From positions 4,253-68,252 of the IMG/VR virus record IMGVR_UViG_3300026518_000007: a DNA stretch of 64,000 nt, one strand, 5' to 3'. Positions 17,104 to 27,001 of the stretch are shown here, one piece after another. This stretch comes from a virus. A model generated the notes under the pieces. That model was not told where the DNA came from. It saw only the letters and a list, made by a program, of their open reading frames with translations, and ran no database searches. Numbering within the stretch: the first letter of the stretch is position 1; every line of letters starts with the position of its first letter. The translations under genes were made by a program, and so were the position numbers.

Positions 17104-17715
17104 ATGACAACATATGAACTTATTGAAGAGTGTAAATTATATTCTACTATAATAAATAATGATTTATATAGCAGTATAGAAGAAGAGGATGTAATGCCAC
17201 ACTATATAAATAGTGAATTAGGTAGTATACGTATAAAAATTGTAGAGATAGTTAACTTTATAATTAAAGAACTATATAAGGAGTTTGATAATAGTAATAA
17301 GATAGTTATTTTTAAATTAGTATTAGAGCATTTAATGTCATTAGAGACTATATTATTTATAACGGACGTTAATGATATAGATAAATTTGAAGTTATAGAG
17401 GTCATGGATATAGTTAGTTATAACATAATATTAGATTTAATTAATATAAAAATAGGAACCATGTCTAATGCCGCTAATAGTGATATACTTAGTGAGCTAT
17501 TAAAACAGGAATTAGTTAGTACTGTTATAAGTGTTCATTATGTAGATTTCTGTAAACGATTATATCTTTTAAATAGTGAATTAATAAGCGATGATGATTT
17601 TGTAGAAGTAGGACCATTAGTCTATAAAGTAATCTATAATTTAGAATTACCAGAGCAGAGATGTGTATTATCTTTATGTTACGGCATAGCTAAAGGAGGA
17701 GGCGTTGAATATTGA
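17104..17715 (+). CDS. hypothetical protein (paralog of 17705-18289)
   Basis: AGGAG RBS; shares INSEL, KIVIFKLVLEHL and DIVSYNIILDL blocks with the next gene. Confidence 0.7.
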   Translation: MTTYELIEECKLYSTIINNDLYSSIEEEDVMPHYINSELGSIRIKIVEIVNFIIKELYKEFDNSNKIVIFKLVLEHLMSLETILFITDVNDIDKFEVIEVMDIVSYNIILDLINIKIGTMSNAANSDILSELLKQELVSTVISVHYVDFCKRLYLLNSELISDDDFVEVGPLVYKVIYNLELPEQRCVLSLCYGIAKGGGVEY

Positions 17716-18289
17716 AAACATACTTAATAAGTATCCATCAGTATCTATGAATATACAATCACATATCCAAGAAGTAATCAATACTGAATTAGACCATGAT
17801 GTAATTATAGTACAAACTATCATAGGTAGTTTAAAACACGACATAGATGATATCATAATACTAATGGATGAGATATTAGATTATAGAATTCTAACGAATA
17901 CTGAGAAGCATATGGTATATAAATTAATATTAGAATACTTAGTTATGTATATAGATGATAGGAATGGTGTTGATTTTGAAGCTTATCTAGATATTATTTA
18001 TATTAATATTCTTGAAGATTTAAGAGAGGTATTTAAATCAGATATATTAGATAACGAATTAAGTCATAAAGATAAAACTAAATTACTTAATATATTAAAA
18101 GAAAAGTTAATTTATCTATTTAGCTATAAAAATACTAATGATTTTTTAAGTAAGTTAGAATATCTTAGAGATATTAAAACTAAAGAAGAGTTCCTAGATA
18201 GTAAGAAATATATAATGCCGTATCTTAAAAGTAGTATTAATAATAATAATAGTGTTATGGTTAGCATTCTCTTCATATATGTAATATGA
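17705..18289 (+). CDS. hypothetical protein (paralog of 17104-17715)
   Basis: TTG start behind AGGAGG; INTEL, KHMVYKLILEYL and DIIYINILEDL blocks. Confidence 0.7.
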   Translation: MNIENILNKYPSVSMNIQSHIQEVINTELDHDVIIVQTIIGSLKHDIDDIIILMDEILDYRILTNTEKHMVYKLILEYLVMYIDDRNGVDFEAYLDIIYINILEDLREVFKSDILDNELSHKDKTKLLNILKEKLIYLFSYKNTNDFLSKLEYLRDIKTKEEFLDSKKYIMPYLKSSINNNNSVMVSILFIYVI

Positions 18290-18343
18290 AGAGAGCGGTT
18301 CTTTCTTGAATAGAAAGATTATTTTTTTTTTTAAGGAGTTTAT

Positions 18344-18757
18344 ATGTTATTCGATATTGATAATACTTATAATTTTAATACTATAAGTAAAAGTGTTCTT
18401 AAACCTAATTACGAAGGTTTAAAAGTTACAAGTTACTTAGGATTTAAACAAGCTGTAAAATATACAGGTGTATTTAACGATGTAGTAACTGCTAATAGAC
18501 AGTTACAGACTGAAACAGGTTTACCGCTACTAGACCCTACGCAGGTTAAATATGTACTGTTTGAGGATACCTATGGTAATGAGGTATTATTAGCGGAAGA
18601 TTGGATAGACCCTGATAGTATTATATTAGTAGAAGGCATTAGCTTAAATATACGCATAAACAATATAACAAGTGATGATGCGACTATTATTAAAAATATG
18701 ATAGTAGCTATGAACTATACTGATATAGAAACAGATATCATAACTACTGGTGCATAA
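18344..18757 (+). CDS. conserved phiKZ-like hypothetical, probably virion protein
   Basis: AAGGAG RBS; DPTQVKYVLF..G....AEDWI..SI pattern recalled from phiKZ-like phages. Confidence 0.55.
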   Translation: MLFDIDNTYNFNTISKSVLKPNYEGLKVTSYLGFKQAVKYTGVFNDVVTANRQLQTETGLPLLDPTQVKYVLFEDTYGNEVLLAEDWIDPDSIILVEGISLNIRINNITSDDATIIKNMIVAMNYTDIETDIITTGA

Positions 18758-18759
18758 TC

Positions 18760-20856
18760 ATGGAAGATGATACAAATGTTAACATAGATAACTTATTTAA
18801 AAGTAATAGGGATGCTTCTAAAAAATATGATGATGAAATCTATTTTACAGATGATGCTTGGGTAAGCGATAGGTTCATGGTTAATAGTTCAGATTTAGAC
18901 GAACCATATAATACTAATAGATTTAATACATTAGTTAATAAGAAAATAACAGATACTAGTTTAGGCGGTAGTGTAGCCATTAATTGTTTTCCTCAGTTTA
19001 CTAGATACGCTGACCCTAGAAGTAAAGGAGCCTTATTAGATAGGAATGATGTAAGAGTGAATGACTTATCTGGTAATATAGGCATGGGTAGATATTATGG
19101 AGAGGCCATAGATGATAACGCAACAGATGTTTATTTCGAATTCGGTGTTAGAGAATTTAATAATATACTCTATTATTTAATATCTGCTGTAGATTATAAG
19201 AAAGCAGTTATAGCTAATACTGGTAGAAATCCTCTATTTTATGACGCTGGTTATGTATTTGGTTTAGGTGCTTTATTTTTAGCATTTCCTTTAATAACCA
19301 TAGGACTATTAGTAGCTAAAACAGTTTTTAATGTAGCTACTAATGTTTTAGCGTCTCCTGGTAAATTTGACCATTATTACTTAAAACCAACTATGTTCTT
19401 ATATTGGAGTACGGTTAACTCATTAGTAACTATGATGTCTACTGAGTTAGGTATATTAAGTCCTATATTCTTAGATGATAAAGCTGACCCTAATAAAGTA
19501 GGACAACCTATGACTATCCATAATGATGACTTAGATGCTATGCGTGAGATAATGCCTGGGTTAATAACAACTGGTAATGCTATTAATGTGCAAGCTATGG
19601 TATGTAAAACTCAGATGTTACATAGTAAAATGGTAGAGCAGAAATTAAAAGCTGCTGTTACACTAGAATCTATGCATCTAGATAAAGATGGCAGGTTACC
19701 ATTAGAAAAAAATACTAGTGATATACCTGAAGATTTATGGTCAAAGTTAAAAGGTAAATTAGATAAAGATGAGAATTATAAATCTAAAAAGAAGACTAAT
19801 GATTTAGGTAAATTAATAGATGAACTTAAGACTGATGCTAATGTCACATTAGATAAATTATTTGGAAGTGCTGATGATGGTACATATGATAGAAAGGCTA
19901 GAAAAGAAGATAGTGATAGTTGGTTAAGTAAAGCATGGGATACTCAAAAAGCAGTAGCTAATGAAGGTGCTAGATTTGCAGTATTCAGAGTTGACCATTT
20001 ACCTAGTACTAGTGAGTCATTTAGTAATAGTACAACTGAGACATCTATAGGTTCTACTGTTAATAACTTAGGCTCTAAGTGGAGAGAGATGGAATTTAAT
20101 TTAGGCGGAGGTGAGATACCTGGCGTTAAAGATGCAGCTGACGCATTATTAAGTTTTGCTGTAGGTGCATTAGATGGTGTTACATTAGGTGTTAGTAATG
20201 CTGTTGCAGGATTCTTATCAGGCGCTACTATAGAAACTAATAAAAGGTGGGATAAAAGTAATGCTAGTTTTCCATCTTTAAATTTTAGTATGGATTTAGT
20301 ATCGCCGTCAGCACACCCGTTAGCACAGTTAAGAAATATCTATATACCATTAGCATCTATTCTAGCAGGTACATTACCGCTAGCAACTGGTCCTAAATCG
20401 CACACTAGTCCATTCTTATGTAATATGTTTGTTAGAGGTAGACAGCGTATAAGTTTAGGTATGATAACTAATGTTAATATAACTAGAGGAACTAGTAATC
20501 TACCTTTTAATAAACAGAAAAGACCATTAGCAGTTAAAGTAACATTCACAGTAACTGATTTTTCAGAAGTAGTAGCTGCTCCTATAGTAGATGACTTATT
20601 GAGTTCTGGTAATGTTATGTTCGATGATGAATCTGGTATTAGTAGATATATACAATCTTTATGTGGTAGGGACTTATATTCAACTGTTCATGTTTTAGAT
20701 AAAGCTAAAATAAAAATAAGTAGAGGATTACAAGAAGCTTCTGTTATGATGACTCCAGAATATTGGGGTAGTAAAATAGGAGATATGACTACTAACACTG
20801 GTATATTCTCAGTTCTAGGTGATAAGAATGCTGTTAACTATAGCGAGCTATATTAA
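18760..20856 (+). CDS. phiKZ-like virion tail/baseplate structural protein (probably gp101-like)
   Basis: INCFPQFTRYAD, GMGRYYGEAIDDN, FGVREFN, NIYIPLASILAGTLP and LGMITNVNITRG motifs. Confidence 0.7.
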   Translation: MEDDTNVNIDNLFKSNRDASKKYDDEIYFTDDAWVSDRFMVNSSDLDEPYNTNRFNTLVNKKITDTSLGGSVAINCFPQFTRYADPRSKGALLDRNDVRVNDLSGNIGMGRYYGEAIDDNATDVYFEFGVREFNNILYYLISAVDYKKAVIANTGRNPLFYDAGYVFGLGALFLAFPLITIGLLVAKTVFNVATNVLASPGKFDHYYLKPTMFLYWSTVNSLVTMMSTELGILSPIFLDDKADPNKVGQPMTIHNDDLDAMREIMPGLITTGNAINVQAMVCKTQMLHSKMVEQKLKAAVTLESMHLDKDGRLPLEKNTSDIPEDLWSKLKGKLDKDENYKSKKKTNDLGKLIDELKTDANVTLDKLFGSADDGTYDRKARKEDSDSWLSKAWDTQKAVANEGARFAVFRVDHLPSTSESFSNSTTETSIGSTVNNLGSKWREMEFNLGGGEIPGVKDAADALLSFAVGALDGVTLGVSNAVAGFLSGATIETNKRWDKSNASFPSLNFSMDLVSPSAHPLAQLRNIYIPLASILAGTLPLATGPKSHTSPFLCNMFVRGRQRISLGMITNVNITRGTSNLPFNKQKRPLAVKVTFTVTDFSEVVAAPIVDDLLSSGNVMFDDESGISRYIQSLCGRDLYSTVHVLDKAKIKISRGLQEASVMMTPEYWGSKIGDMTTNTGIFSVLGDKNAVNYSELY

Positions 20857-20866
20857 TTAAAATACA

Positions 20867-20892
20867 TCATATATGACTTTTGTCATATATGA
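20867..20892 (+). terminator. hairpin terminator
   Basis: TCATATATGAC-tttt-GTCATATATGA. Confidence 0.65.
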
Positions 20893-20913
20893 GTATCCAT
20901 TTATTTTCACCGA

Positions 20914-20929
20914 TATATCATTAATATAG
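20914..20929 (+). promoter_or_regulatory. early promoter motif (variant)
   Basis: TATATCATTAATATAG right after a terminator. Confidence 0.45.
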
Positions 20930-20990
20930 ATATGTGGTAGTGTCTTGTTAAGTATCCTCGTATGATACCTCTAACTATAAGGAGATAACT

Positions 20991-21392
20991 ATGTTAAACA
21001 TAATCGAAGCTATAGAAAAAGCTATGGTGGTTGGGAATATCAAATTCGCTGAGTCTAATATTAGACCAGGTGAAAGTTTTGGTATTGGTACTAATAATGC
21101 AGTATATACTAAAGTAAGTGTTGTTGATTTAAACGGCACTGATGTTATAGTGTATACCCTTCCTATGGTTAGTAGTACTATCTATGCTACTGATTCATTA
21201 GAGGAGTTCCAAGCTACGCTTTTAAATGAGTATAACTTGGTAGTACTTGGCAGTAATCGTAAAGGTAATAGAAATAAACTTTCTATAGAACATTTACGCG
21301 AGTTGCAAAATCATTCAGGTATTTGTAATACTGATTATGGTTTTGTAGGGAATACTGAAGCTACTGAGATTTTATCTCAGTTAGCTTCTTAA
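20991..21392 (+). CDS. hypothetical protein
   Basis: AAGGAG RBS. Confidence 0.7.
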   Translation: MLNIIEAIEKAMVVGNIKFAESNIRPGESFGIGTNNAVYTKVSVVDLNGTDVIVYTLPMVSSTIYATDSLEEFQATLLNEYNLVVLGSNRKGNRNKLSIEHLRELQNHSGICNTDYGFVGNTEATEILSQLAS

Positions 21393-21403
21393 AGGAGTAT
21401 GTT

Positions 21404-21529
21404 ATGACTTATAAACAAATGAAAGCATTTAGAATATATTTAGAAGGTAAAGGTATACCATTATGTTTTTTAACAGTAAGCGAGTATGCTAAAATTTGGA
21501 ACCAATATAAAAGAATCTATAGTGTATAA
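21404..21529 (+). CDS. 41-aa hypothetical protein
   Basis: AAGGAG RBS; MTYKQMKAFRIYLEGKGIPLCFLTVSEYAKIWNQYKRIYSV; stop lies in the terminator loop. Confidence 0.55.
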   Translation: MTYKQMKAFRIYLEGKGIPLCFLTVSEYAKIWNQYKRIYSV

Positions 21530-21554
21530 CACTATAGACTCATTCTTTTTTTTT
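21516..21554. terminator. bidirectional hairpin
   Basis: TCTATAGTG-tataa-CACTATAGA between convergent genes, with a T-tract. Confidence 0.65.
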
Positions 21555-21555
21555 G

Positions 21556-22653
21556 TTATGCAGCTATTAAATTACTTAATGGATTTTTAGCTTTACCCAT
21601 TTTTATTACTTTATCTAACATGCTTATTTTTTGTCCTTTATTAACAACATTTCCAGTTAACCCACTAATTCCTAATTGACTCTCTTTACTAGCTTGTTTA
21701 GCATATTTAGCTATATTCGTAGTATGTGTCCTACTAACTAGGTTAGCATCGCTACCACTTAACTCTGATGCTAGTTTTAATGTACTATTCTTATCAGTAG
21801 TCTTACTATCTTCTTTAGCTATTTTAAATATATCCCCAGCTGATTTATTACTGCTTTTAATAGTATTTTTAAGAGACTGTTTTACTTTTTTATTAGTTAA
21901 CAAGCCTTTAGCGGATGCCACATTAAACTTACCTCCTACTAAAGAAGATGATATACCTGTTAATAATGAATTAGTATTACTAGATAACTCATTAGTATCA
22001 GATGCTATAGTATCCATATCTTTAAGACTTGATGAAGTAGCTTCTTTAGGACTCTTACTACAAAGCGTTGTGTCCATTAATGCTTTAACGGCTTTAGTGC
22101 CTATATGGGGACTATTTAAACCAGCGGTAGCGTCTAAACAATTTATGTTATTTAGTTTACCGAAATCATGTTTATATTTTAAACTTTTATTTTTAGGATT
22201 TAAATCAGCTTTTATAGAACACTTAAAGTTAGTATCTAGACCTTTAAGCTTAAGTCCATTAAATTTACCTTTAAACCAATCAGTATTTATAGGGCTATGT
22301 ATATCAGGTAGATTAAATTTACCTATATTCATATCTAACTTACTGAAAGCTGGTAAATTCATATCTGGTAATTTCCATTTAGGAATATCCATATTTGGTA
22401 AATCTAGCATAGTGAAGCTAGGAAGGTCTTTAGAGTTGAACATACCTGATATATTAGGCATACAGTCTTTAGTGCTTATAGTAGGCTTATAATAACGTAT
22501 AGAGCTATCTATATCTATCTTACTATTACCATTAACTATTTTGTTTAACTTAACCAATGTTTTGTCAGGTGTACTATTAATAGAACCTTTTAACGGATTA
22601 GTTATTTTACTAGTATTGAAACTAGGTATCTTTTGTGATATACCTAAACTCAT
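21556..22653 (-). CDS. basic K/S/N-rich hypothetical protein with LP-x-M repeats
   Basis: AAGGAG RBS; LPSFTMLDLPNMDIPKWKLPDMNLPAF..LPDI. Confidence 0.7.
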   Translation of the reverse strand: MSLGISQKIPSFNTSKITNPLKGSINSTPDKTLVKLNKIVNGNSKIDIDSSIRYYKPTISTKDCMPNISGMFNSKDLPSFTMLDLPNMDIPKWKLPDMNLPAFSKLDMNIGKFNLPDIHSPINTDWFKGKFNGLKLKGLDTNFKCSIKADLNPKNKSLKYKHDFGKLNNINCLDATAGLNSPHIGTKAVKALMDTTLCSKSPKEATSSSLKDMDTIASDTNELSSNTNSLLTGISSSLVGGKFNVASAKGLLTNKKVKQSLKNTIKSSNKSAGDIFKIAKEDSKTTDKNSTLKLASELSGSDANLVSRTHTTNIAKYAKQASKESQLGISGLTGNVVNKGQKISMLDKVIKMGKAKNPLSNLIAA

Positions 22654-22720
22654 ATGGTACTCCTTATATTAAAAATAATCAATCGAAGTTAAATATTTTA
22701 ATTCTAAAAAAAGTTATACA

Positions 22721-22735
22721 TATATTATTAACGTG
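22721..22735 (+). promoter_or_regulatory. early promoter motif (variant)
   Basis: TATATTATTAACGTG. Confidence 0.45.
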
Positions 22736-22817
22736 AGACAATAGTCTTGTATACAAAACTAAACATAAAGGATTCGTTATTTTAACAATACCTAATATCG
22801 ACCTAAAGGGTCTGTTA

Positions 22818-23177
22818 ATGGAAAAACGTAAAATCGTTATTAAAGAAAATGAGATTGTCATTAATGATTTCATACATATTAATACACCTTATCTTTATAA
22901 GGAGTGTATGCATATACTCACAGAAGAATGCGAGTATGATGATTTCTTAGATGCTGATACACAATCTTTAATAGAACACCTACACTCTAGAACCTTTATG
23001 TATCTAGATGTAGGTGCATCTAAGACTATGGTTAATCTGGTTATTAATAATATACTATCTAATACGGTAGGTATGAAAATATCTGATATTAAAACTATAG
23101 CTAAATATAAAGTAATGTATAACAGCATTAAGAAGGTAACGCACGATGATTGTATATCTGTGTATTCATGGAGTTAA
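22818..23177 (+). CDS. hypothetical protein
   Basis: AAGGG RBS. Confidence 0.6.
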   Translation: MEKRKIVIKENEIVINDFIHINTPYLYKECMHILTEECEYDDFLDADTQSLIEHLHSRTFMYLDVGASKTMVNLVINNILSNTVGMKISDIKTIAKYKVMYNSIKKVTHDDCISVYSWS

Positions 23178-23196
23178 ATGAAAAAAACTTTACATA

Positions 23197-23211
23197 GATA
23201 TTACTAATATG
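23197..23211 (+). promoter_or_regulatory. early promoter motif
   Basis: GATATTACTAATATG. Confidence 0.65.
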
Positions 23212-23250
23212 AACCTATAAAAGGTAAATCAAAAACATAAGGAAGAACGC

Positions 23251-23727
23251 ATGAAAAATGTAACTAAAGAAGAAGTAGTAGAAACAGCAGAGGTAGCATT
23301 CGATGATATCGAATTTAAAGTAGAAGCAGATGGCGAAAAAGCATCTATGACACTTAAAGATGAAAAATACTTTCCTGAAAAACTTAAAGAAGCTGGTATC
23401 GATAAAAAGACATTTGAAGCAGTTGCTGCATTTGAGAAAAAATACTTGAACCAAGTAACTGATGCTGCGATTAAAGAGACTGGTAAAGTCTTTAAAGATA
23501 ACAAAGATGTTAAAGTTGTTAATGGTCATCTATCATTCGGTTATAACAAATCAGAAGCTATTAAGCTTAATGTCGTTAAAGAGAAAACATATCCTATCCC
23601 TAACAGTGGCGGTAAAACAGTTACTAAACCTGCTGTTAATATTGCAGTTGAAACTCCTCGTTATTATATCCCAAAAGCACAGCGTAATCGTATGCGTGAT
23701 GCACTTGCAGAAGCAATCGCTAAGTAA
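23251..23727 (+). CDS. probably abundant conserved phiKZ-like small protein
   Basis: Own promoter and terminator; high-expression codon usage (CGT, TTC, AAC, ATC). Confidence 0.8.
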   Translation: MKNVTKEEVVETAEVAFDDIEFKVEADGEKASMTLKDEKYFPEKLKEAGIDKKTFEAVAAFEKKYLNQVTDAAIKETGKVFKDNKDVKVVNGHLSFGYNKSEAIKLNVVKEKTYPIPNSGGKTVTKPAVNIAVETPRYYIPKAQRNRMRDALAEAIAK

Positions 23728-23743
23728 GCGGTAAAGAACATAG

Positions 23744-23789
23744 TACATATAGGACTTAAGTCCTATATGTATCTATATCTTTTTTTTTT
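23744..23789. terminator. 28-bp perfect palindrome
   Basis: TACATATAGGACTT/AAGTCCTATATGTA; T-tract at 23780-23789. Confidence 0.8.
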
Positions 23790-24714
23790 ATTTTACATCT
23801 GCGGCAGATTTAACACCTTCGTAGTAAATAGCTTCATCTGGAGTTGATGCTATAGAAGGGTCTACGGATTCTACAGGTAGTAAAATCTCTTCAGGGTCTT
23901 TAGACCATAGCTCTAACTGTTCTATAGTAGCAGTAGCTAACTTATGAACGCGTTTGTTAGTATGTGGTACAGCGAAACCACCTAGCTCTAAAGAAATCTC
24001 TTTAAGCTCTCTTCCACTATTTTTATCTTTTTTACCGATTATATCCGGGTTACTAGTTGGAAACATATTAGAAACTAACCATGAATGGATAGGTTTTCTA
24101 TACATAACATCCGGCTCTATAAAAATAGCAGACATTGAATACCAATCAGCAGTCCAAGCTTTAGGAAGTTGGTCAGCAGAAGCAATACGTGTAATTAAAG
24201 GAGCTTTTAAATCAGGGTCCATCATACCGTATCTAATCCATACGTCTAAAAGAATCTCAAATGGTATACCATATTTTTCTTGTAATGTAATAGATACGCT
24301 TGTAGCTTCTCTTTTAACATCAGAAATCTCTTTAAATGTAGCACCACTTAATCCTAGTTCATGCTCAGTAGTATCTACCGTTAATGAACTATTAAGTCCA
24401 TCAATAGTTTTAGCATGTACTTCAAGCATAGCTTTAATAGCTTCTTTCCAATCTTTAGAATTAGGCATTAAATCGAACATACGCGGTACTTCTAAAACAA
24501 TAGGGATGATATCACGTTTAAGATAAGCTTGTTCATGCATCCATTCGTGGATAGGCTTCTCAGCACTAACACCACCTATACGAGGCAGTAACCCCCATTG
24601 TCCACCTAATCTAAGGTCAATGGTAGGGATATCATTTGCGCTATATTGGTCAGTATCATTAGCGTCCACATATTCATTGTTGACGTTAACTAATTTAACA
24701 TTTTCACTTGGCAT
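23788..24714 (-). CDS. tail tube protein (phiKZ gp30-like)
   Basis: IDLRLGGQWG, IVLEVP, IDGLNSSLT, EKYG, WIRYGMMDP, FIEPD; directly downstream of the sheath gene. Confidence 0.85.
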   Translation of the reverse strand: MPSENVKLVNVNNEYVDANDTDQYSANDIPTIDLRLGGQWGLLPRIGGVSAEKPIHEWMHEQAYLKRDIIPIVLEVPRMFDLMPNSKDWKEAIKAMLEVHAKTIDGLNSSLTVDTTEHELGLSGATFKEISDVKREATSVSITLQEKYGIPFEILLDVWIRYGMMDPDLKAPLITRIASADQLPKAWTADWYSMSAIFIEPDVMYRKPIHSWLVSNMFPTSNPDIIGKKDKNSGRELKEISLELGGFAVPHTNKRVHKLATATIEQLELWSKDPEEILLPVESVDPSIASTPDEAIYYEGVKSAADVK

Positions 24715-24759
24715 TGTAAATCCTTATTTATTTATTTATTTTTAATAGATAAGCAAACC

Positions 24760-26889
24760 TTAAAGGTCTGCTTTATTCCATGCTTCGATGTAGTGAGTCA
24801 TGACAGTTTTCATAACGTTACCACCAAGTTTACTTACAACAGTCCAGCTGTATCCGCGTTTAGCGTCATAATCAGAGATAAGTGCTTTAACGGTAACAGT
24901 GATTACTTGTGCAAACTTATCACCGAGTTCATTATTCATATATGTTTCAACAGCATCTATGAACTCATTAGGACTCATTGATGTATCGCCTGTAAACTTA
25001 CGTTGTGCAGCAGCGGCTACTTTGTTAGTTACAGTTAATGCTAAAGCCATAAAGATATTATTTAATACAGAAGTATCATTATCATAAACAGACTGCATTG
25101 CTGGAAAATGGTAAGCTCTTTCATCATAAGGTTGTGCCCAAACGATTCCTAAATTCCATAAATCAGGTTTAATTCCACCTGGAATAAATTCAGGCTGAAT
25201 ATCTTTATAGTTAAGGATGATGTTTTTATCACCTCTATCAAAGATAAGCTCTTTTTTCCATTTAGCACCACCCATCATACGAGCAGCTTTATATGCGATA
25301 TCTAGAAGAAGACCATAACGAGTTTCAGCAGGGTCTAAGATATCTATACCAGAACCAGCTACTACGATAGCACGTGTTACTGGAGTACCGAAGAAAGTAG
25401 ACTCAGGAGCTAAAGCTAGTCTAGCTTTTAAATTAGCAGCTATAGCTCTATCAGTTACTAAATCAGCATATTTATCACCTAACTTTTGAATACGAGTAGA
25501 TAGGCCTAGGAAAGTATCTTTTCTAACAGTAATGAAGTTAACTAAGTCTTTTTTAGTAGGAAGGTCAAAACCTGAATCATAGAGAGCATTCTCTAAGTTA
25601 ACGGCTAAATCCATAACTTCACTATTTTTATCTAAATATTTATCCATCCACGCAGAAACACCAGCTTCGTAGTTAGCATCAGATAGAGTACCATCTTTAC
25701 CAGCTCCTAAGTAAATAGGCGTAGAACCAGAAATATAAACTTCTTTAATTTCGTCACCACGAATTGCAGCAGGTGCATTATCTATAACGTATGTAAAAGC
25801 AGGAACGCGTTTGGTAGACATAGCGTTAAAAGGATTAATAATTCCGAATTGTTCAGACGCAGGTACATCAGTAACAAAATCCATCCATTCAGCAGTATTA
25901 ACGATTGTATCTTCTACAGTAGTAACATCAGCATTAACGTACTCAGCTTCAACTTCCATTATGTTTTTATTAATTAAATCTAAGTTACTATAATAAACAT
26001 ATGGTTTTTCAATATTAGGATATACTAAATCCATAAGAGGACTTGTAAGATTAGACCAATCTCCAAGAATACTTTCTAAGTTAACTTTTCTATTAGTACT
26101 AGGGTCTTTAGCATCTTTTTTAAATACGAATTGTTCTTTCTCCATACCGAAAAGGTTTTTGATAACTGAACCAGATGTTGTAGCATTAGGACGCTTGAAC
26201 ATAGTGAATTCAAATGGTAGTGCTAAGTTACCTTTAATATAACCTTCGTTAACAGTGTCGATAGTAGGTAAGTTAAGAGCATAACCTATATTGTTATATT
26301 TACTACCTTTATAACTACCGCGAACTTCAAGTATAGGATACATAGTAGAAGTATTACCATCAGCATCAGTCATATAACCAGGTCTTGATGTTTTAATGCC
26401 TACCGGAGTAGTAACATCATCTTGGTAAACTTGAGCTAGAACTTTAAGTTTATAACCTTTAACTGTTTTATCAACGATAGGATTTCCATCAGCATCATAT
26501 GCTACTGAGCCATCTTCATGACGTTTATAAACATCAACATCATCTTTTAAAACATCTAGGTATAAAGTACTATTAGCAATAGTGTCATTATCTTCAGGTA
26601 TGATTCTAACGAACATCATCGCATTACCCGCAGCTGCCATTAATTCAGCAACTCTAGCACCATGTGTGAAGTAAGGTAAGTTTCTATCAAAAGTTTCTTT
26701 ACCGTATAGACCCATAAGTCTACCACCATCTACTAATGTTTTAGTAGCAGGACCACTTGCAGCATAACCGAATATTAGAGGAGTATGCGTAGGTATAACA
26801 ATAGGTCTTGGAGGAGTCGGTTTAAGACTCATATCTTTAGCACCTAAGTTAATAATCTGCGGACTCGCATTAACTATAATATTATTCAT
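24760..26889 (-). CDS. tail sheath protein (phiKZ gp29-like)
   Basis: NASPQIINLGAKDMS, HTPLIF, GKDGT, YDSGF, PESTFFGTPVTRA, SVYDNDTSVL and GYSW match phiKZ gp29. Confidence 0.92.
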   Translation of the reverse strand: MNNIIVNASPQIINLGAKDMSLKPTPPRPIVIPTHTPLIFGYAASGPATKTLVDGGRLMGLYGKETFDRNLPYFTHGARVAELMAAAGNAMMFVRIIPEDNDTIANSTLYLDVLKDDVDVYKRHEDGSVAYDADGNPIVDKTVKGYKLKVLAQVYQDDVTTPVGIKTSRPGYMTDADGNTSTMYPILEVRGSYKGSKYNNIGYALNLPTIDTVNEGYIKGNLALPFEFTMFKRPNATTSGSVIKNLFGMEKEQFVFKKDAKDPSTNRKVNLESILGDWSNLTSPLMDLVYPNIEKPYVYYSNLDLINKNIMEVEAEYVNADVTTVEDTIVNTAEWMDFVTDVPASEQFGIINPFNAMSTKRVPAFTYVIDNAPAAIRGDEIKEVYISGSTPIYLGAGKDGTLSDANYEAGVSAWMDKYLDKNSEVMDLAVNLENALYDSGFDLPTKKDLVNFITVRKDTFLGLSTRIQKLGDKYADLVTDRAIAANLKARLALAPESTFFGTPVTRAIVVAGSGIDILDPAETRYGLLLDIAYKAARMMGGAKWKKELIFDRGDKNIILNYKDIQPEFIPGGIKPDLWNLGIVWAQPYDERAYHFPAMQSVYDNDTSVLNNIFMALALTVTNKVAAAAQRKFTGDTSMSPNEFIDAVETYMNNELGDKFAQVITVTVKALISDYDAKRGYSWTVVSKLGGNVMKTVMTHYIEAWNKADL

Positions 26890-26949
26890 AATTATTCCTT
26901 ATCTTTTTATTGTTGTGATTAAAAAATCATCAGTGTATATGTAAAAAAA

Positions 26950-26985
26950 GCATTATCCGTAGTATAGGTCTAAGACCTATACTAC
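26950..26985 (-). terminator. hairpin terminator
   Basis: GTAGTATAGGTC/GACCTATACTAC; A-run at 26943-26949 gives a minus-strand T-tract. Confidence 0.7.
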
Positions 26986-27001
26986 TTATGCAAATGTCTA
27001 A

